Below are positions 33,721-43,686 of a stretch of 64,000 bases of DNA, in pieces; the stretch's first letter is position 1; the number at the start of each line of letters is the position of its first letter. Source of the DNA: Gammaproteobacteria bacterium (lineage in GTDB: Bacteria > Pseudomonadota > Gammaproteobacteria > SZUA-229); the NCBI GenBank assembly GCA_030148865.1, contig JASBSR010000006.1:66111-130110 (forward strand), given 5' to 3'. Below the pieces are notes generated by a model. The model saw nothing but the letters and a program-made list of their open reading frames with translations. It did no database searches and was not told the origin of the DNA. A program made the position numbers and the translations under genes.

Positions 33721-34746
33721 ATGTCGGTCAAGCTGATAAAAAACCCTGCCCGACAGGATGAGCCAAACTGGAAATACGAGCTGGCGAATGCTATCACCAG
33801 TGTCGACGAGTTGCTGGCGCGGGTAAATCTCGAGCCACAGCAACTCAATGCACAGCAGCTGACAACCATCAGCACTCCCGGTTTTCGCCTGCGCGTGCCA
33901 GCGAGTTTTGTCGCCAATATGCGTCTCGGTGACATCCATGACCCCTTGTTACGCCAGATACTCCCCACTCGGGCGGAAAATACCGGCAGCGGTCTGCTCG
34001 ACCCGGTGGCCGATCTTGAACACATGCCCAGCCCCGGACTGCTGCATAAATATCATGGCCGAGTACTGCTGATCACCACCGGTGCCTGCGCCGTACACTG
34101 CCGCTATTGCTTCCGGCGCAATTTTCCCTACAGTGAGGCCAGCATCAGCGGCGCGCACTGGCAGGCGGCGCTGGACTATATTCGCGCACACGAGGAGATC
34201 CAGGAAGTCATTCTCAGCGGTGGTGACCCACTGGTGCTGGACGATCACAAGCTCGATCGCATGCAGCGCGAACTCGCCGAGATAGCACATCTAAAGTATC
34301 TGCGTATTCACAGCCGACTGCCGGTGGTCTTAGCCTCAAGAGTGAACCCCAGTCTGCTGTCCTGGCTGGAACAAAGTCGCTTCCGTATCAGCATGGTGAT
34401 TCACACCAATCACGGCAACGAGCTCGGCCGCGCCGAGCAGAATGCGCTCGAAGCATTGCGTGGTACCGGCGCGGCCTTACTCAACCAGAGTGTGTTATTA
34501 CATCAGATCAATGATACCGCAGAGGCATTGATCACACTGAGCCAAAGACTCCACGACTGTGGAGTGTTACCTTATTACCTGCATTTGCTGGATAAAACCC
34601 GCGGTGCCATGCACTTTGATGTACCTGAAAGCCATGGGGTACAGATCATTGCGGCGATGCGCGCTAAACTACCGGGCTATCTGGTGCCACGACTGGTGCG
34701 CGAACTGGCAGGCGAAAATTCGAAAACTGCAATATTTGGTATCTGA
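33721..34746 (+). CDS. epmB: EF-P beta-lysylation protein EpmB (lysine 2,3-aminomutase)
   Basis: LLHKYHGR, CAVHCRYCFRR radical SAM motif, LSGGDPL, PGYLVPRLVRE; divergent from efp. Confidence 0.94.
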   Translation: MSVKLIKNPARQDEPNWKYELANAITSVDELLARVNLEPQQLNAQQLTTISTPGFRLRVPASFVANMRLGDIHDPLLRQILPTRAENTGSGLLDPVADLEHMPSPGLLHKYHGRVLLITTGACAVHCRYCFRRNFPYSEASISGAHWQAALDYIRAHEEIQEVILSGGDPLVLDDHKLDRMQRELAEIAHLKYLRIHSRLPVVLASRVNPSLLSWLEQSRFRISMVIHTNHGNELGRAEQNALEALRGTGAALLNQSVLLHQINDTAEALITLSQRLHDCGVLPYYLHLLDKTRGAMHFDVPESHGVQIIAAMRAKLPGYLVPRLVRELAGENSKTAIFGI

Positions 34747-34859
34747 GCTACACTTGCGTAATATATCGACATAACGGAACAGGAAAAAATATCTCGTTGT
34801 TTTTTATAACAAATAAGGACTCATTGCAGCCAGCTGCATATTGGCGATAACTCGATAAA

Positions 34860-36683
34860 ATGAAGCTACATATACCAGATCAGTTACCACCCGGAAAAGA
34901 CGCTTTTCCCCAGCATCCACGCGATATTAAAAAGTGGCTGAGCAACATGCCGCAGACCAATACCGGCGATCTCACACGCCAGTTTTTTACCGGATTGCGC
35001 AAGCTCAACCGTCAGTCCGTGCCTGGCAAAACTCGCCTCGAAAACGTTGAGCTGATGCGCCCCCAGGCACGGGCCATATTCGAATATCTTAAAAAATATT
35101 TCATCAATCGCACCCTGCCGCTGCAGGAAAAAAGCCAGAAAATTGTCAGCCTGAACCAGTCGCTGCTGCAGGAAATGATTTGCGCTTACAAAATTCTGGT
35201 GCAGGATGTCGCCGCTGGCGTCGATACCCGAGTCGACCAGAAACAACAGACTCTCGCCATTTGTCGCGCCATTCGTTATATGAACGAACTGCTGCTACGC
35301 ACCAGCCTGGTCTATGATTCTGCTCCGGCAGACACCTGGATCGACATGCACAGCCTGTACGCCTATGCCCGCGAACACCAGCTCCACACCACGAATTGTG
35401 TGGATGAAGAGCATCCTGCCGGCCGAACCAGTATCGAAAGCGAATATAAACAGGCCTTGCTGTTCGCGCTGGCACGACCAACATCTATGCGCCAGAGCGA
35501 TTGCGAACGTGTTTATCGCAAGCTTGTCGACTGGGAGCCACTGACGCATTTGTCCAACGTGCAGCAGGAAAGTCAGGTCAACCGCTTTTTCTGTGTTCGT
35601 CTGGAAGAAAACCGTCCACCTTCATACCTCACCCAGCAAGATATGGACATCGAACAAATCGCACTGACATTCGACACTTCCAGACTGGTTAATCAGCTAC
35701 GCAAAGACATCGGCCAGAGCGAGCAGAAACCCGGCAGCATTAGCATGGGTGAACACATCTCTGTCGAAACTCTGAAAGCACTTTCTATGTCCTGGGGCGT
35801 TTGCCCCAGGCGTCGCTTCTCGCGTGCGGGCAAAGGCGGTCGTATTGAAGCTACCATTGGTCTAAACAATGCGGCACAGGCAATTCGTAATGAAGGCAAA
35901 AAACCTGTCGCCGAAAAAAATAAATCTGACAACAACAAAACCGCATCTAGTCTAACACTGCAAACCATCCCGTCGGATATGCGCACTGATCTCGACAATG
36001 CTGGATATATGACGCACCACGAGATTGGTCGACCGGATGATGATGCCTGGGATAATGTCGCCAAAGGTCGCATATTAACCGACACCTATGATCGTGAACG
36101 TAAATTACTCGAAGCAGACAAATTAAAACTGAACAAAGAAGACGCCGACCTGCACTGGGAAATTGTCAACATCAGTGCTGGCGGCTATTGCTTACGCTGG
36201 AACTCTGACACCACCTCGCGCGCGCAAATCGGCGAGCTGATTGCGCTGCGTGAACGTGAGACAGATGGCAGTTTTCAATGGCGCGCAGGTGTCATCCGCT
36301 GGATGCAGTTTTCACGCAGTACTGGCCTGGAAATCGGTGCACAAATTTTATCACCCAAAGCTATTGCCGCGAAAGCACAACGTTATAATAAGCCAAACGA
36401 ACAACCCTTTGACTGCATCATGCTGCCGGGAATACGCGCGCTTAAGCAAGGCCCCAGTGTTTTAACCCCGGCACACGCGTTTAAACCCGGTGACCGCTTA
36501 AACGTCACTATGCTCGGACAGGACATGACCATCAAACTCACCGAAACCAGGGAACATACAGGCTCTTTCACCCAGTTTCAGTTTGCGAATAATGAAACCG
36601 CGGCCAAACAACAGAAAGCCGAAAAGAAAAAACAATCAGAAAAAAATCCCGATGATTTCGACGCTATATGGTCGTCATTATAA
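34860..36683 (+). CDS. FimW-like c-di-GMP-binding (PilZ-like) protein
   Basis: RRFSR and NISAGGYCL PilZ-like motifs, GVIRW, C-terminal DDFDAIWSSL; directly upstream of a FimX-like gene. Confidence 0.7.
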   Translation: MKLHIPDQLPPGKDAFPQHPRDIKKWLSNMPQTNTGDLTRQFFTGLRKLNRQSVPGKTRLENVELMRPQARAIFEYLKKYFINRTLPLQEKSQKIVSLNQSLLQEMICAYKILVQDVAAGVDTRVDQKQQTLAICRAIRYMNELLLRTSLVYDSAPADTWIDMHSLYAYAREHQLHTTNCVDEEHPAGRTSIESEYKQALLFALARPTSMRQSDCERVYRKLVDWEPLTHLSNVQQESQVNRFFCVRLEENRPPSYLTQQDMDIEQIALTFDTSRLVNQLRKDIGQSEQKPGSISMGEHISVETLKALSMSWGVCPRRRFSRAGKGGRIEATIGLNNAAQAIRNEGKKPVAEKNKSDNNKTASSLTLQTIPSDMRTDLDNAGYMTHHEIGRPDDDAWDNVAKGRILTDTYDRERKLLEADKLKLNKEDADLHWEIVNISAGGYCLRWNSDTTSRAQIGELIALRERETDGSFQWRAGVIRWMQFSRSTGLEIGAQILSPKAIAAKAQRYNKPNEQPFDCIMLPGIRALKQGPSVLTPAHAFKPGDRLNVTMLGQDMTIKLTETREHTGSFTQFQFANNETAAKQQKAEKKKQSEKNPDDFDAIWSSL

Positions 36684-36749
36684 TAATCCTGTCCAGGGAT
36701 TTTTGGCAGCAGTAGTAAAAACAAAAGTGGAGTAGTGTGGTAAACAGAA

Positions 36750-38834
36750 GTGGACGATAAAAAACTCAACCTGATTATTATCGATGAATCATTCGATACC
36801 GAAGAAAAAATTGTCAGCAGCCTGAGAAACCAGGGCTATGTGGCACGTTCCGTGCGCGCTGAAGATGAAGAAGATTTGTTAAAGGTTATCGAAAATAAAA
36901 AACCCGACCTGGTGATTTATACTATGGGTATGGAACTGATCAGCCTGAAACAAACCGCTGACTGCATAAAACAGGCGCTGGACGGTGCGCCGTTACCCAT
37001 AATAGCCGTCGATAAAAACAGCACATCAGAAATCGTGGAAGTCATGCGCGATGGTGCAGCTGACCTGTCGTCTTATAAAAAAATGGGGCATCTTTGCCTG
37101 GTCATCGTGCGCGAGCTCAAAGCATTCCGCAACTGGCAGAAAACTTCGCAACTCACCTCTGCTTTCGAAGAATCCGAACGCCGCTGCTCGTCTCTACTGG
37201 ACAGTTCACGAGATGCCATTGCCTATGTGCACGAAGGCATGCATGTGTATTCAAATCAATCATATCTCGAATTATTTGATATCGTTGAAGCTGATGAACT
37301 CGAAGGCCTGCCGATACTCGACGTGGTTGCCCAAAGTAATCGTGACAAATTCAAGGTGTTTCTGCGCGAGTACCTGGAAAGCGCAACCACAGTTGAAAAA
37401 CTTGAATTACAGCTAATCAAACCCGATGGCACTATTTTTAGCGGTGAGATCGAACTCTCACCCGCCAGTGTAGATGGCGAGCCCTGCGTACAAATTATTA
37501 TCCGTCAGGAAAGCAAAAACTCCGAAGAGTTAGAAGCCCAGCTAAAACTACTCAGCCAGCGTGACCAGCTAACTGGCTTATACAATCGCCAGTATTGTCT
37601 TGAGGCGATTGAAAACTCGATTAGCGAATGTGAGAAAGGCCAGGACACTGCTGCGGTTCTCCAGATCCAGCTGGACAATTTTGAGGAAATCAAAAATCAG
37701 GTTGGCGTTGTCGGCGCTGATGAATTTATTACTGTCATGGCCAGCACACTGAAAGAAGCCGCTAACGATACAGACGTGGTTGCTCGCTACATGCATGCTA
37801 CTTTCATGGTGCTATCACACGAGCAGAAAAGAAGCTCCGCTGAAAAATACGCGGCAAAATTACAGACTGCGCTGAATGATGCCGAGGCTGAAATAGACAA
37901 ACAAAAAATCAGCACAACCTGCTGCATCGGTATCACCATAATTGACCAGGATTCCCCTGAGTGCAATGAAATCCTGTCACGTGCTGAAAAAGCGATTAAC
38001 GAAGCGGTCAAAACCGGCAATAACCAGATCACACTACATATGCCAGCCAAAGGTGAACTGACTCGTCAGGAAGTGGATGCCAAATTCAAGGACGAGCTTA
38101 CTGACGCACTTAAAAAAGACAAGTTCGTCCTGCATTATCAACCGATTGTCAGTCTGCACGGCGATACTGACGAACGCTACGAAGTTTTCGTCCGGCTACG
38201 CAATGATGAAACCGGGCAATTAATCATGCCACATGAGTTCCTGCCCGCCGCAGAGCGTATCGGCATGGCCATCGCGATTGATCGTTGGGTATTATACAAA
38301 ACCATCACTTCATTGACTGAACGCTGGAAACAGAATCACAAAACCCGATTCTTCATCAAGCTATCAGCCGCATCGATCAAAGACGACACCTTGATCGACT
38401 GGCTTATTTTTCAGATCAAAGAGAAAAAGCTGGCCAAAGGCAGTTTGATATTCTCGGTCAAGGAATCGGTCGCCGTCACGCATTTAAAACAATCACGGGC
38501 CTTATCGAAAAAACTTAATGAAGCCGGCTGCGGCTTTCTACTTGATGAGTTCGGTGCAGGAACCAACCCATTCCAGTTGCTCGATCACATTCATGTCGAC
38601 TACCTAAGAATTGACAGAACTTTCATGAACAAACTCATGGAAGACGAATCCAGTCAGGAAGCGGTCAAAAAAATCGCCGAACAGGCCGCCGAATTCGACA
38701 AACTGACAGTCGCTCAGTTTGTACCAGATGCTGCCAGTCTCTCCCTGCTCTGGGGCATGGGGGTGAATTTTATTCAGGGCTACTTCCTGCAGGAACCTGC
38801 CGCCGAACTCACTTACGATTTTACCGAAATGTAA
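36750..38834 (+). CDS. fimX: FimX-like REC-PAS-GGDEF-EAL protein with degenerate catalytic sites
   Basis: LLDSSRDAIAYVHEGMHVY PAS, DQLTGLYNR, GGDEF replaced by YMHAT, EVF and DEFGAG in the EAL domain. Confidence 0.8.
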   Translation: MDDKKLNLIIIDESFDTEEKIVSSLRNQGYVARSVRAEDEEDLLKVIENKKPDLVIYTMGMELISLKQTADCIKQALDGAPLPIIAVDKNSTSEIVEVMRDGAADLSSYKKMGHLCLVIVRELKAFRNWQKTSQLTSAFEESERRCSSLLDSSRDAIAYVHEGMHVYSNQSYLELFDIVEADELEGLPILDVVAQSNRDKFKVFLREYLESATTVEKLELQLIKPDGTIFSGEIELSPASVDGEPCVQIIIRQESKNSEELEAQLKLLSQRDQLTGLYNRQYCLEAIENSISECEKGQDTAAVLQIQLDNFEEIKNQVGVVGADEFITVMASTLKEAANDTDVVARYMHATFMVLSHEQKRSSAEKYAAKLQTALNDAEAEIDKQKISTTCCIGITIIDQDSPECNEILSRAEKAINEAVKTGNNQITLHMPAKGELTRQEVDAKFKDELTDALKKDKFVLHYQPIVSLHGDTDERYEVFVRLRNDETGQLIMPHEFLPAAERIGMAIAIDRWVLYKTITSLTERWKQNHKTRFFIKLSAASIKDDTLIDWLIFQIKEKKLAKGSLIFSVKESVAVTHLKQSRALSKKLNEAGCGFLLDEFGAGTNPFQLLDHIHVDYLRIDRTFMNKLMEDESSQEAVKKIAEQAAEFDKLTVAQFVPDAASLSLLWGMGVNFIQGYFLQEPAAELTYDFTEM

Positions 38835-38881
38835 GCTGGCCTGCAGCCACCACCATGCTGGTGGCTGCAAGTCAATGCAGC

Positions 38882-39766
38882 TTATTTATTTTCGTACAGG
38901 GCCGCTATGCGTTCTTCCAGCGGTGGATGGCTCATAAACAATTTACGAATTCCGCTACCTACACTGGCGTTAATGCCAAACGCCGCCAGCTGCTCTGGCA
39001 TATGCGCCGGTTGATGTGCCATCTGCAAACGCTGTAGCGCAGCAATCATCTTGCCACGACCGGCCAGCTGAGCACCACCGGCATCGGCACGAAACTCGCG
39101 CAGGCGTGAAAAATACATCACGATGGCACTGGCCAGAATACCAAACACAATCTGCGCGATAATACTGGTGATGTAATACGCCGGGCCATAACCACGTTGG
39201 GTTTTAAATACGATGCGGTCAACCAGATGCCCGACCACACGCGAGAAGAAAATCACAAAAGTATTCACCACACCCTGTACCAGTGCCAGCGTAATCATAT
39301 CGCCATTGGCCACATGGCTCATCTCGTGACCCAACACCGCTTCGGTTTCGTCCTTGTTCATCGTCTGTAACAAACCCGAGCTCACTGCCACCAGCGCAGC
39401 GTTGCGGTTCATACCGGTGGCAAAGGCGTTTACGTCGGGGGAATCAAAAATCGCCACCTCAGGCATCTTGATGCCTGCCAGCTCTGCCTGCCGTTGTACC
39501 GTCTGCAACAACCACTGCTCGGTCTGGTTTTGCGGTGAAGTAATCACCCGCGCGCCGGTGGCTCGCTTCGCTATCCATCTGGACATCGCCAGCGAAATAA
39601 ACGAGCCAGTGATACCAATGATCGCTGACATAATCAGCAACGCCTGCAAATTGAGATCAACCCCGTTCTGCGCCAGAGTCGATTCCAGCCCCAGGGTACT
39701 GAAAACAATACTGACCACCACCATCACGGCGATATTGGTGAGCAGAAAAATGCCAATGCGAAACAT
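38882..39766 (-). CDS. htpX: Protease HtpX
   Basis: NAFATG, GHEMSHVANGDM (HExxH), SRLREFRADAG, LFMSHPPLEERI. Confidence 0.97.
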   Translation of the reverse strand: MFRIGIFLLTNIAVMVVVSIVFSTLGLESTLAQNGVDLNLQALLIMSAIIGITGSFISLAMSRWIAKRATGARVITSPQNQTEQWLLQTVQRQAELAGIKMPEVAIFDSPDVNAFATGMNRNAALVAVSSGLLQTMNKDETEAVLGHEMSHVANGDMITLALVQGVVNTFVIFFSRVVGHLVDRIVFKTQRGYGPAYYITSIIAQIVFGILASAIVMYFSRLREFRADAGGAQLAGRGKMIAALQRLQMAHQPAHMPEQLAAFGINASVGSGIRKLFMSHPPLEERIAALYENK

Positions 39767-40093
39767 ACCGACCTCGGATTATCGAAATAGAGTTAGCGCT
39801 AATATACGTACGTGTGGACAAAATACAAGGGGCGGGACTCCGGTGTTGTGTGACACAGAGGTGCCCTGACCTGTACACAGACCTGAATCACAGGCATCCT
39901 GCCTAGCCTGCGCCACTAAAGCACTACGGCACAGCTAGCGATGAGAAGATTTAAAACACAAATCATCAAAAGAAAATCACTCTTTCATTTGTGGCAATGC
40001 AAACCTGATCCCGTCACTGTCGTCATTTTCTCTTTCTGCTATGACGATTCACTCAGAAAAATTAATTAAAAGTAGATATTCACAACTTATCGT

Positions 40094-40636
40094 TTAATCT
40101 TTTACCGGTCGCTTGGCTAATTTACGTTGCAAGGTGCGACGGTGCATGCTCAGTGCTCGGGCTGCAGCAGAAACATTGCCATCATGTTCCATAAGTATCT
40201 TTTGTAGATGCTCCCATTCCAGACGTTTTACCGAGATGGGGTTTTCAGCCGGTGGCACGGCAGAGTTACCGCTGTCGCGTTGCAGAGCATTGACAATATC
40301 CTCCACCGTAGCGGGCTTAGTGAGGTAATGCACAGCGCCCAGTTTGATGGCCTCCACTGCGGTGGAAATGCTGGCATAACCAGTGAGCATCAGCATACTC
40401 AAATCTGGATTCTGCGCGTGTAGTTCTTCCACCAACTTCAATCCAGATTCATGACCAATGCGTAGATCGATAATGGCGTAGTCGGGACGATGATCAGTGG
40501 CCAATTCCAGACCTATGGCCAGTTCAGTGGCAGTAAAGACATCAAAATTACGCTTTTCCAGTGCCTTGCCAAGAACGCGACAGAAAGTGGCATCGTCGTC
40601 TACCAATAGCAGTGTCTTTTTATCCTTAGTGCTCAT
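40094..40636 (-). CDS. regA: RegA/PrrA/ActR family response regulator
   Basis: LLVDDD receiver, LTGYASISTAVEAIKLGA, EWEHLQ, NVSAAARALSMHRRTLQRKL Fis-type HTH. Confidence 0.9.
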   Translation of the reverse strand: MSTKDKKTLLLVDDDATFCRVLGKALEKRNFDVFTATELAIGLELATDHRPDYAIIDLRIGHESGLKLVEELHAQNPDLSMLMLTGYASISTAVEAIKLGAVHYLTKPATVEDIVNALQRDSGNSAVPPAENPISVKRLEWEHLQKILMEHDGNVSAAARALSMHRRTLQRKLAKRPVKD

Positions 40637-41915
40637 GATTTTTGCTTTCCAGCAACGGCAGGCTAATGCGAGTACAGCAGCCTTGCTTTTCGTTAAACAA
40701 CCGCACTTCACCCCCCAGACGATTAATGACCGAATGAGCCAGAAACAGCCCCAGACCCAGACCATATTTCTTGTCGCTATACAGTGTCTTACCTGCGTGT
40801 GCCTCAGCACCAGCGCTAAGCCCTGAACCAAGATCACGAATATTTAGAATAAGACTCTGTTCCGTCCACTCAGCATGGATGGACACCCAATCCGGTGAGG
40901 CATCAGCGGCATTATTAAGAATATTGGTGATGGCCTGATCAAGGGCGCGGTCCACCACTAGTTGCGGTGCAGGCTGAGCCCCACTACTGGTCTGATGTAA
41001 GCCGACTCCCGGTCGCTCCGTTTGCCATTGCTTCAATAGTTTTTGCAAATAGCAGTCTACCGACAAAGCTTCACCGGCATTGGCTCGTAGTTCGCCGGCA
41101 GAGGCTGAAATTACAGACAGGGCCTCTTTGCAACGATCCACTTGCTCACTGATTAACATCAGCTGATCATTAAGTTCAGCATTTTTTTGTGTCGGATAAT
41201 CTCTTTTTAGTTCATCAGTGATGATGGCCATGGTATTCAGTGGAGTGCCAAGCTCATGAGCCGCGCCAGCGGCCAGAGTACCCAATGCAACCAGGCGTTC
41301 ATCATGAAGTCTCTGCTCGCGAGCAGCGGCCAGCTCTCTGTCATGTTGACGCAGAGTCTGCGCCATATTGGTAACAAAGTGGGCAATCAGGCCTGCGCTA
41401 AAAACAAAGCCAAACCACATGCCAAACACGTGTTGACTAAAACCATTGTCATGATTCATGTGGCTACCTAGTTCTAATGGCAGGTAGACATACATAAGCA
41501 GTGAATCGCAAACAACAGTTATCCCTGCCATGCCCCACACAAAACGCCTGGGCAATACTGTGGCGGCAATCATCAGTGGTAACAGGTAAAAGCCTACGAA
41601 TGGGTTGGTGGCGCCACCTGCAAAATAAAGCACACCACTGAATGCGAACACATCAGTTAATAACTGCAGAAAAAACTCACCATCACTTACCGGGCGTGTT
41701 TGCTGTGCGCGCCATGCAGTAAACCCGTTCCATAGAATGTGGACAAAAAGAATAGTCGCTATTGGGCCAGGAGGTAGTGGCAAAGCCAGCCAACGCAGAG
41801 CCACGAAGACCAGCAATATTTGCACTACGATACTAATGCTACGAAACAGCACCAGGCGTCGCAGGTTACGTTGTGTTGTGCTGTTACCGTGCTTATTGGT
41901 ATTGCTGGTTCGCAT
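40626..41915 (-). CDS. regB: RegB/PrrB family redox sensor histidine kinase
   Basis: Membrane domain with GGATNPF (GGxxNPF quinone-site motif), AAHELGTPL H-box, DRCK conserved Cys, GLGLGLFL. Confidence 0.9.
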   Translation of the reverse strand: MRTSNTNKHGNSTTQRNLRRLVLFRSISIVVQILLVFVALRWLALPLPPGPIATILFVHILWNGFTAWRAQQTRPVSDGEFFLQLLTDVFAFSGVLYFAGGATNPFVGFYLLPLMIAATVLPRRFVWGMAGITVVCDSLLMYVYLPLELGSHMNHDNGFSQHVFGMWFGFVFSAGLIAHFVTNMAQTLRQHDRELAAAREQRLHDERLVALGTLAAGAAHELGTPLNTMAIITDELKRDYPTQKNAELNDQLMLISEQVDRCKEALSVISASAGELRANAGEALSVDCYLQKLLKQWQTERPGVGLHQTSSGAQPAPQLVVDRALDQAITNILNNAADASPDWVSIHAEWTEQSLILNIRDLGSGLSAGAEAHAGKTLYSDKKYGLGLGLFLAHSVINRLGGEVRLFNEKQGCCTRISLPLLESKNHEH

Positions 41916-41992
41916 GAGACCGTTGGTGAGTAGTGTACCGTGAGTATAACTCTTTTGTTGAACACCAGTGTCAGCCAGAATTTTTTACCAGG

Positions 41993-42047
41993 TGCGACAT
42001 TTTGTCACAGGGAATTTGTGATACACGCCCTGCGACAACATGTCACA
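41993..42047. promoter_or_regulatory. Two candidate RegA/PrrA-type operator boxes TGCGACA-N3-TGTCACA
   Basis: TGCGACA-TTT-TGTCACA (41993-42009) and TGCGACA-ACA-TGTCACA (42031-42047) in the divergent promoter region. Confidence 0.7.
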
Positions 42048-42115
42048 TACCTCAGCGACCGGGCCTACGCTAGTATTTCTCTAATTATTATAAGTAACAA
42101 ATGTGAGAGATTGTC

Positions 42116-43297
42116 ATGAGTTGTAACAAGCGTCGAAACAAGCGATGGGTAATGGGTATTTCACTGGCAGTCTTATGCATAGTGAATGGCAGCGCACAGG
42201 CTTACATTGGCCTGTGTTGTGGTAAATGCGGCGGTAACATGCCGATGAACATACCCGGTGGCGGTGTTCCAGAAACCCATGAATATCGCGTCAAAATCAG
42301 CCCCACGTTTATGAGTATGGATGGTCTGCGTGATGGCACCAGTTCCGCTGATGGTGATAGCCTTCTGGGAATGCCCGCCGCCGGCAAGTTTATGGCAGTA
42401 CCCATCAGCATGGATATGCGCATGTTAAACATCACTACCGGTTACAGTTTTACCGACGATCTGTTCGGTAGCGTGATGATGATGTGGAAGCAAAACAGCA
42501 TGAACATGAAGTTCAATAATATGATGCAAACCCGGACTGGGCAGACAGGTTTCACCATGAAGTCCGATGGTCTCGCCGACACGATGTTGATGGGAAAATA
42601 CCGCCTGTACACTGATGACCCGTTGATTCCCAGCAAGCAATATTCATTATTGTTTGCTTTGAGCCTGCCTACAGGCTCCATTGATGAACGCAATACCGAA
42701 CATCCTCTGGCCATGCGCCAAAATGAATTGCTGCCCTATGGCATGCAGATCGGCTCGGGGACCTATGATCCCACTATTGGCCTGCTGTATCAGGCCTCAT
42801 CCTCACCCTGGTGGTGGGGCGTGAATGCCAGTTATACCGCCCGCCTGTATGACAACGACCGTAACTATCGTTTAGGAAATGAGGCACGACTTGATGGTTA
42901 CGCCATGTATCAGTTCTCTCCTGACTGGTTAGTGCAAGGTCAACTAAATGCCAGACACCTGGGCAAGATTAGCGGCGAAATGGATGCCTACACCAGTGGT
43001 GGTTCTGGCCATGCCATCCAGGGTGATCCCAACTCACCCGCTATGACACCACTGTGGATCACCAGCAACTATGGTGGCACTCAGTTATTTACCACCATCG
43101 GTCTGCAGTGGCAACCGGCACCTCTGCACATTATCGATTTCAATATAGGTGTTCCCCTGTATCTTGATCACAATGGCCCACAACTGGAGGAAACCTATCG
43201 TGTGATGTTGACCTGGTACGTGGAAATCGTTACCGAGAAAAGTCGTCGCTTTGGTGAGACGGGCAAGATGGAAAACGATAGCAAGCTAGGTTTCTGA
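42116..43297 (+). CDS. Secreted Cys/Met-rich putative outer-membrane beta-barrel (MetA-pathway/transporter-like)
   Basis: Signal peptide ending AQA; GLADTML, LSLPTGS, LPYGMQIGSGTYD, amphipathic strands, GVPLY..NGPQL. Confidence 0.65.
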   Translation: MSCNKRRNKRWVMGISLAVLCIVNGSAQAYIGLCCGKCGGNMPMNIPGGGVPETHEYRVKISPTFMSMDGLRDGTSSADGDSLLGMPAAGKFMAVPISMDMRMLNITTGYSFTDDLFGSVMMMWKQNSMNMKFNNMMQTRTGQTGFTMKSDGLADTMLMGKYRLYTDDPLIPSKQYSLLFALSLPTGSIDERNTEHPLAMRQNELLPYGMQIGSGTYDPTIGLLYQASSSPWWWGVNASYTARLYDNDRNYRLGNEARLDGYAMYQFSPDWLVQGQLNARHLGKISGEMDAYTSGGSGHAIQGDPNSPAMTPLWITSNYGGTQLFTTIGLQWQPAPLHIIDFNIGVPLYLDHNGPQLEETYRVMLTWYVEIVTEKSRRFGETGKMENDSKLGF

Positions 43298-43298
43298 T

Positions 43299-43640
43299 GT
43301 GATTTTTAGTGCTAACAAACAACGACAGCAAGACAGGCCTGTTCGGACATTGGTATGTTATCTGTTACCGGTGATGGCAGCAATTGGAGCAGGTGGTTGT
43401 GCGGGTACTGGGTCTTCTGGTTTATCTCCCCTTCCAGATTCCCGGAGCACTTCGGCGCGCACCTTCGCCAGTCATTGCATGAGTTGCCATGCGCTACCTC
43501 ATCCTGGGCGTTTGTCCGCGGCGGGATGGGCAGCCTTGTATCCCATAATGGAAAAACACATGGTAGATCGAGGAATGACGTTGCCCAGCAAGGATGAACA
43601 GCAGGCAATTCTCGGTTATTTACAAACACATGCGCGCTGA
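43299..43640 (+). CDS. Small monohaem cytochrome c, possibly a lipoprotein
   Basis: CMSCH haem motif followed by ALPHP...W...M; hydrophobic leader ending in GAGGC. Confidence 0.75.
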   Translation: MIFSANKQRQQDRPVRTLVCYLLPVMAAIGAGGCAGTGSSGLSPLPDSRSTSARTFASHCMSCHALPHPGRLSAAGWAALYPIMEKHMVDRGMTLPSKDEQQAILGYLQTHAR

Positions 43641-43686
43641 ACGAAATGAAATAAGAAATATAATAAAAAACCAGAAGTGCGGGTTG

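Noticed and set aside
33721-34746. Radical SAM gene as a possible novel maturase
   Set aside because: KamA-type motifs and position beside efp and epmA identify EpmB.
40637-40837. N-terminal extension of the regA ORF to 247 aa
   Set aside because: Overlaps the regB coding region; the receiver domain starts at ATG 40636.
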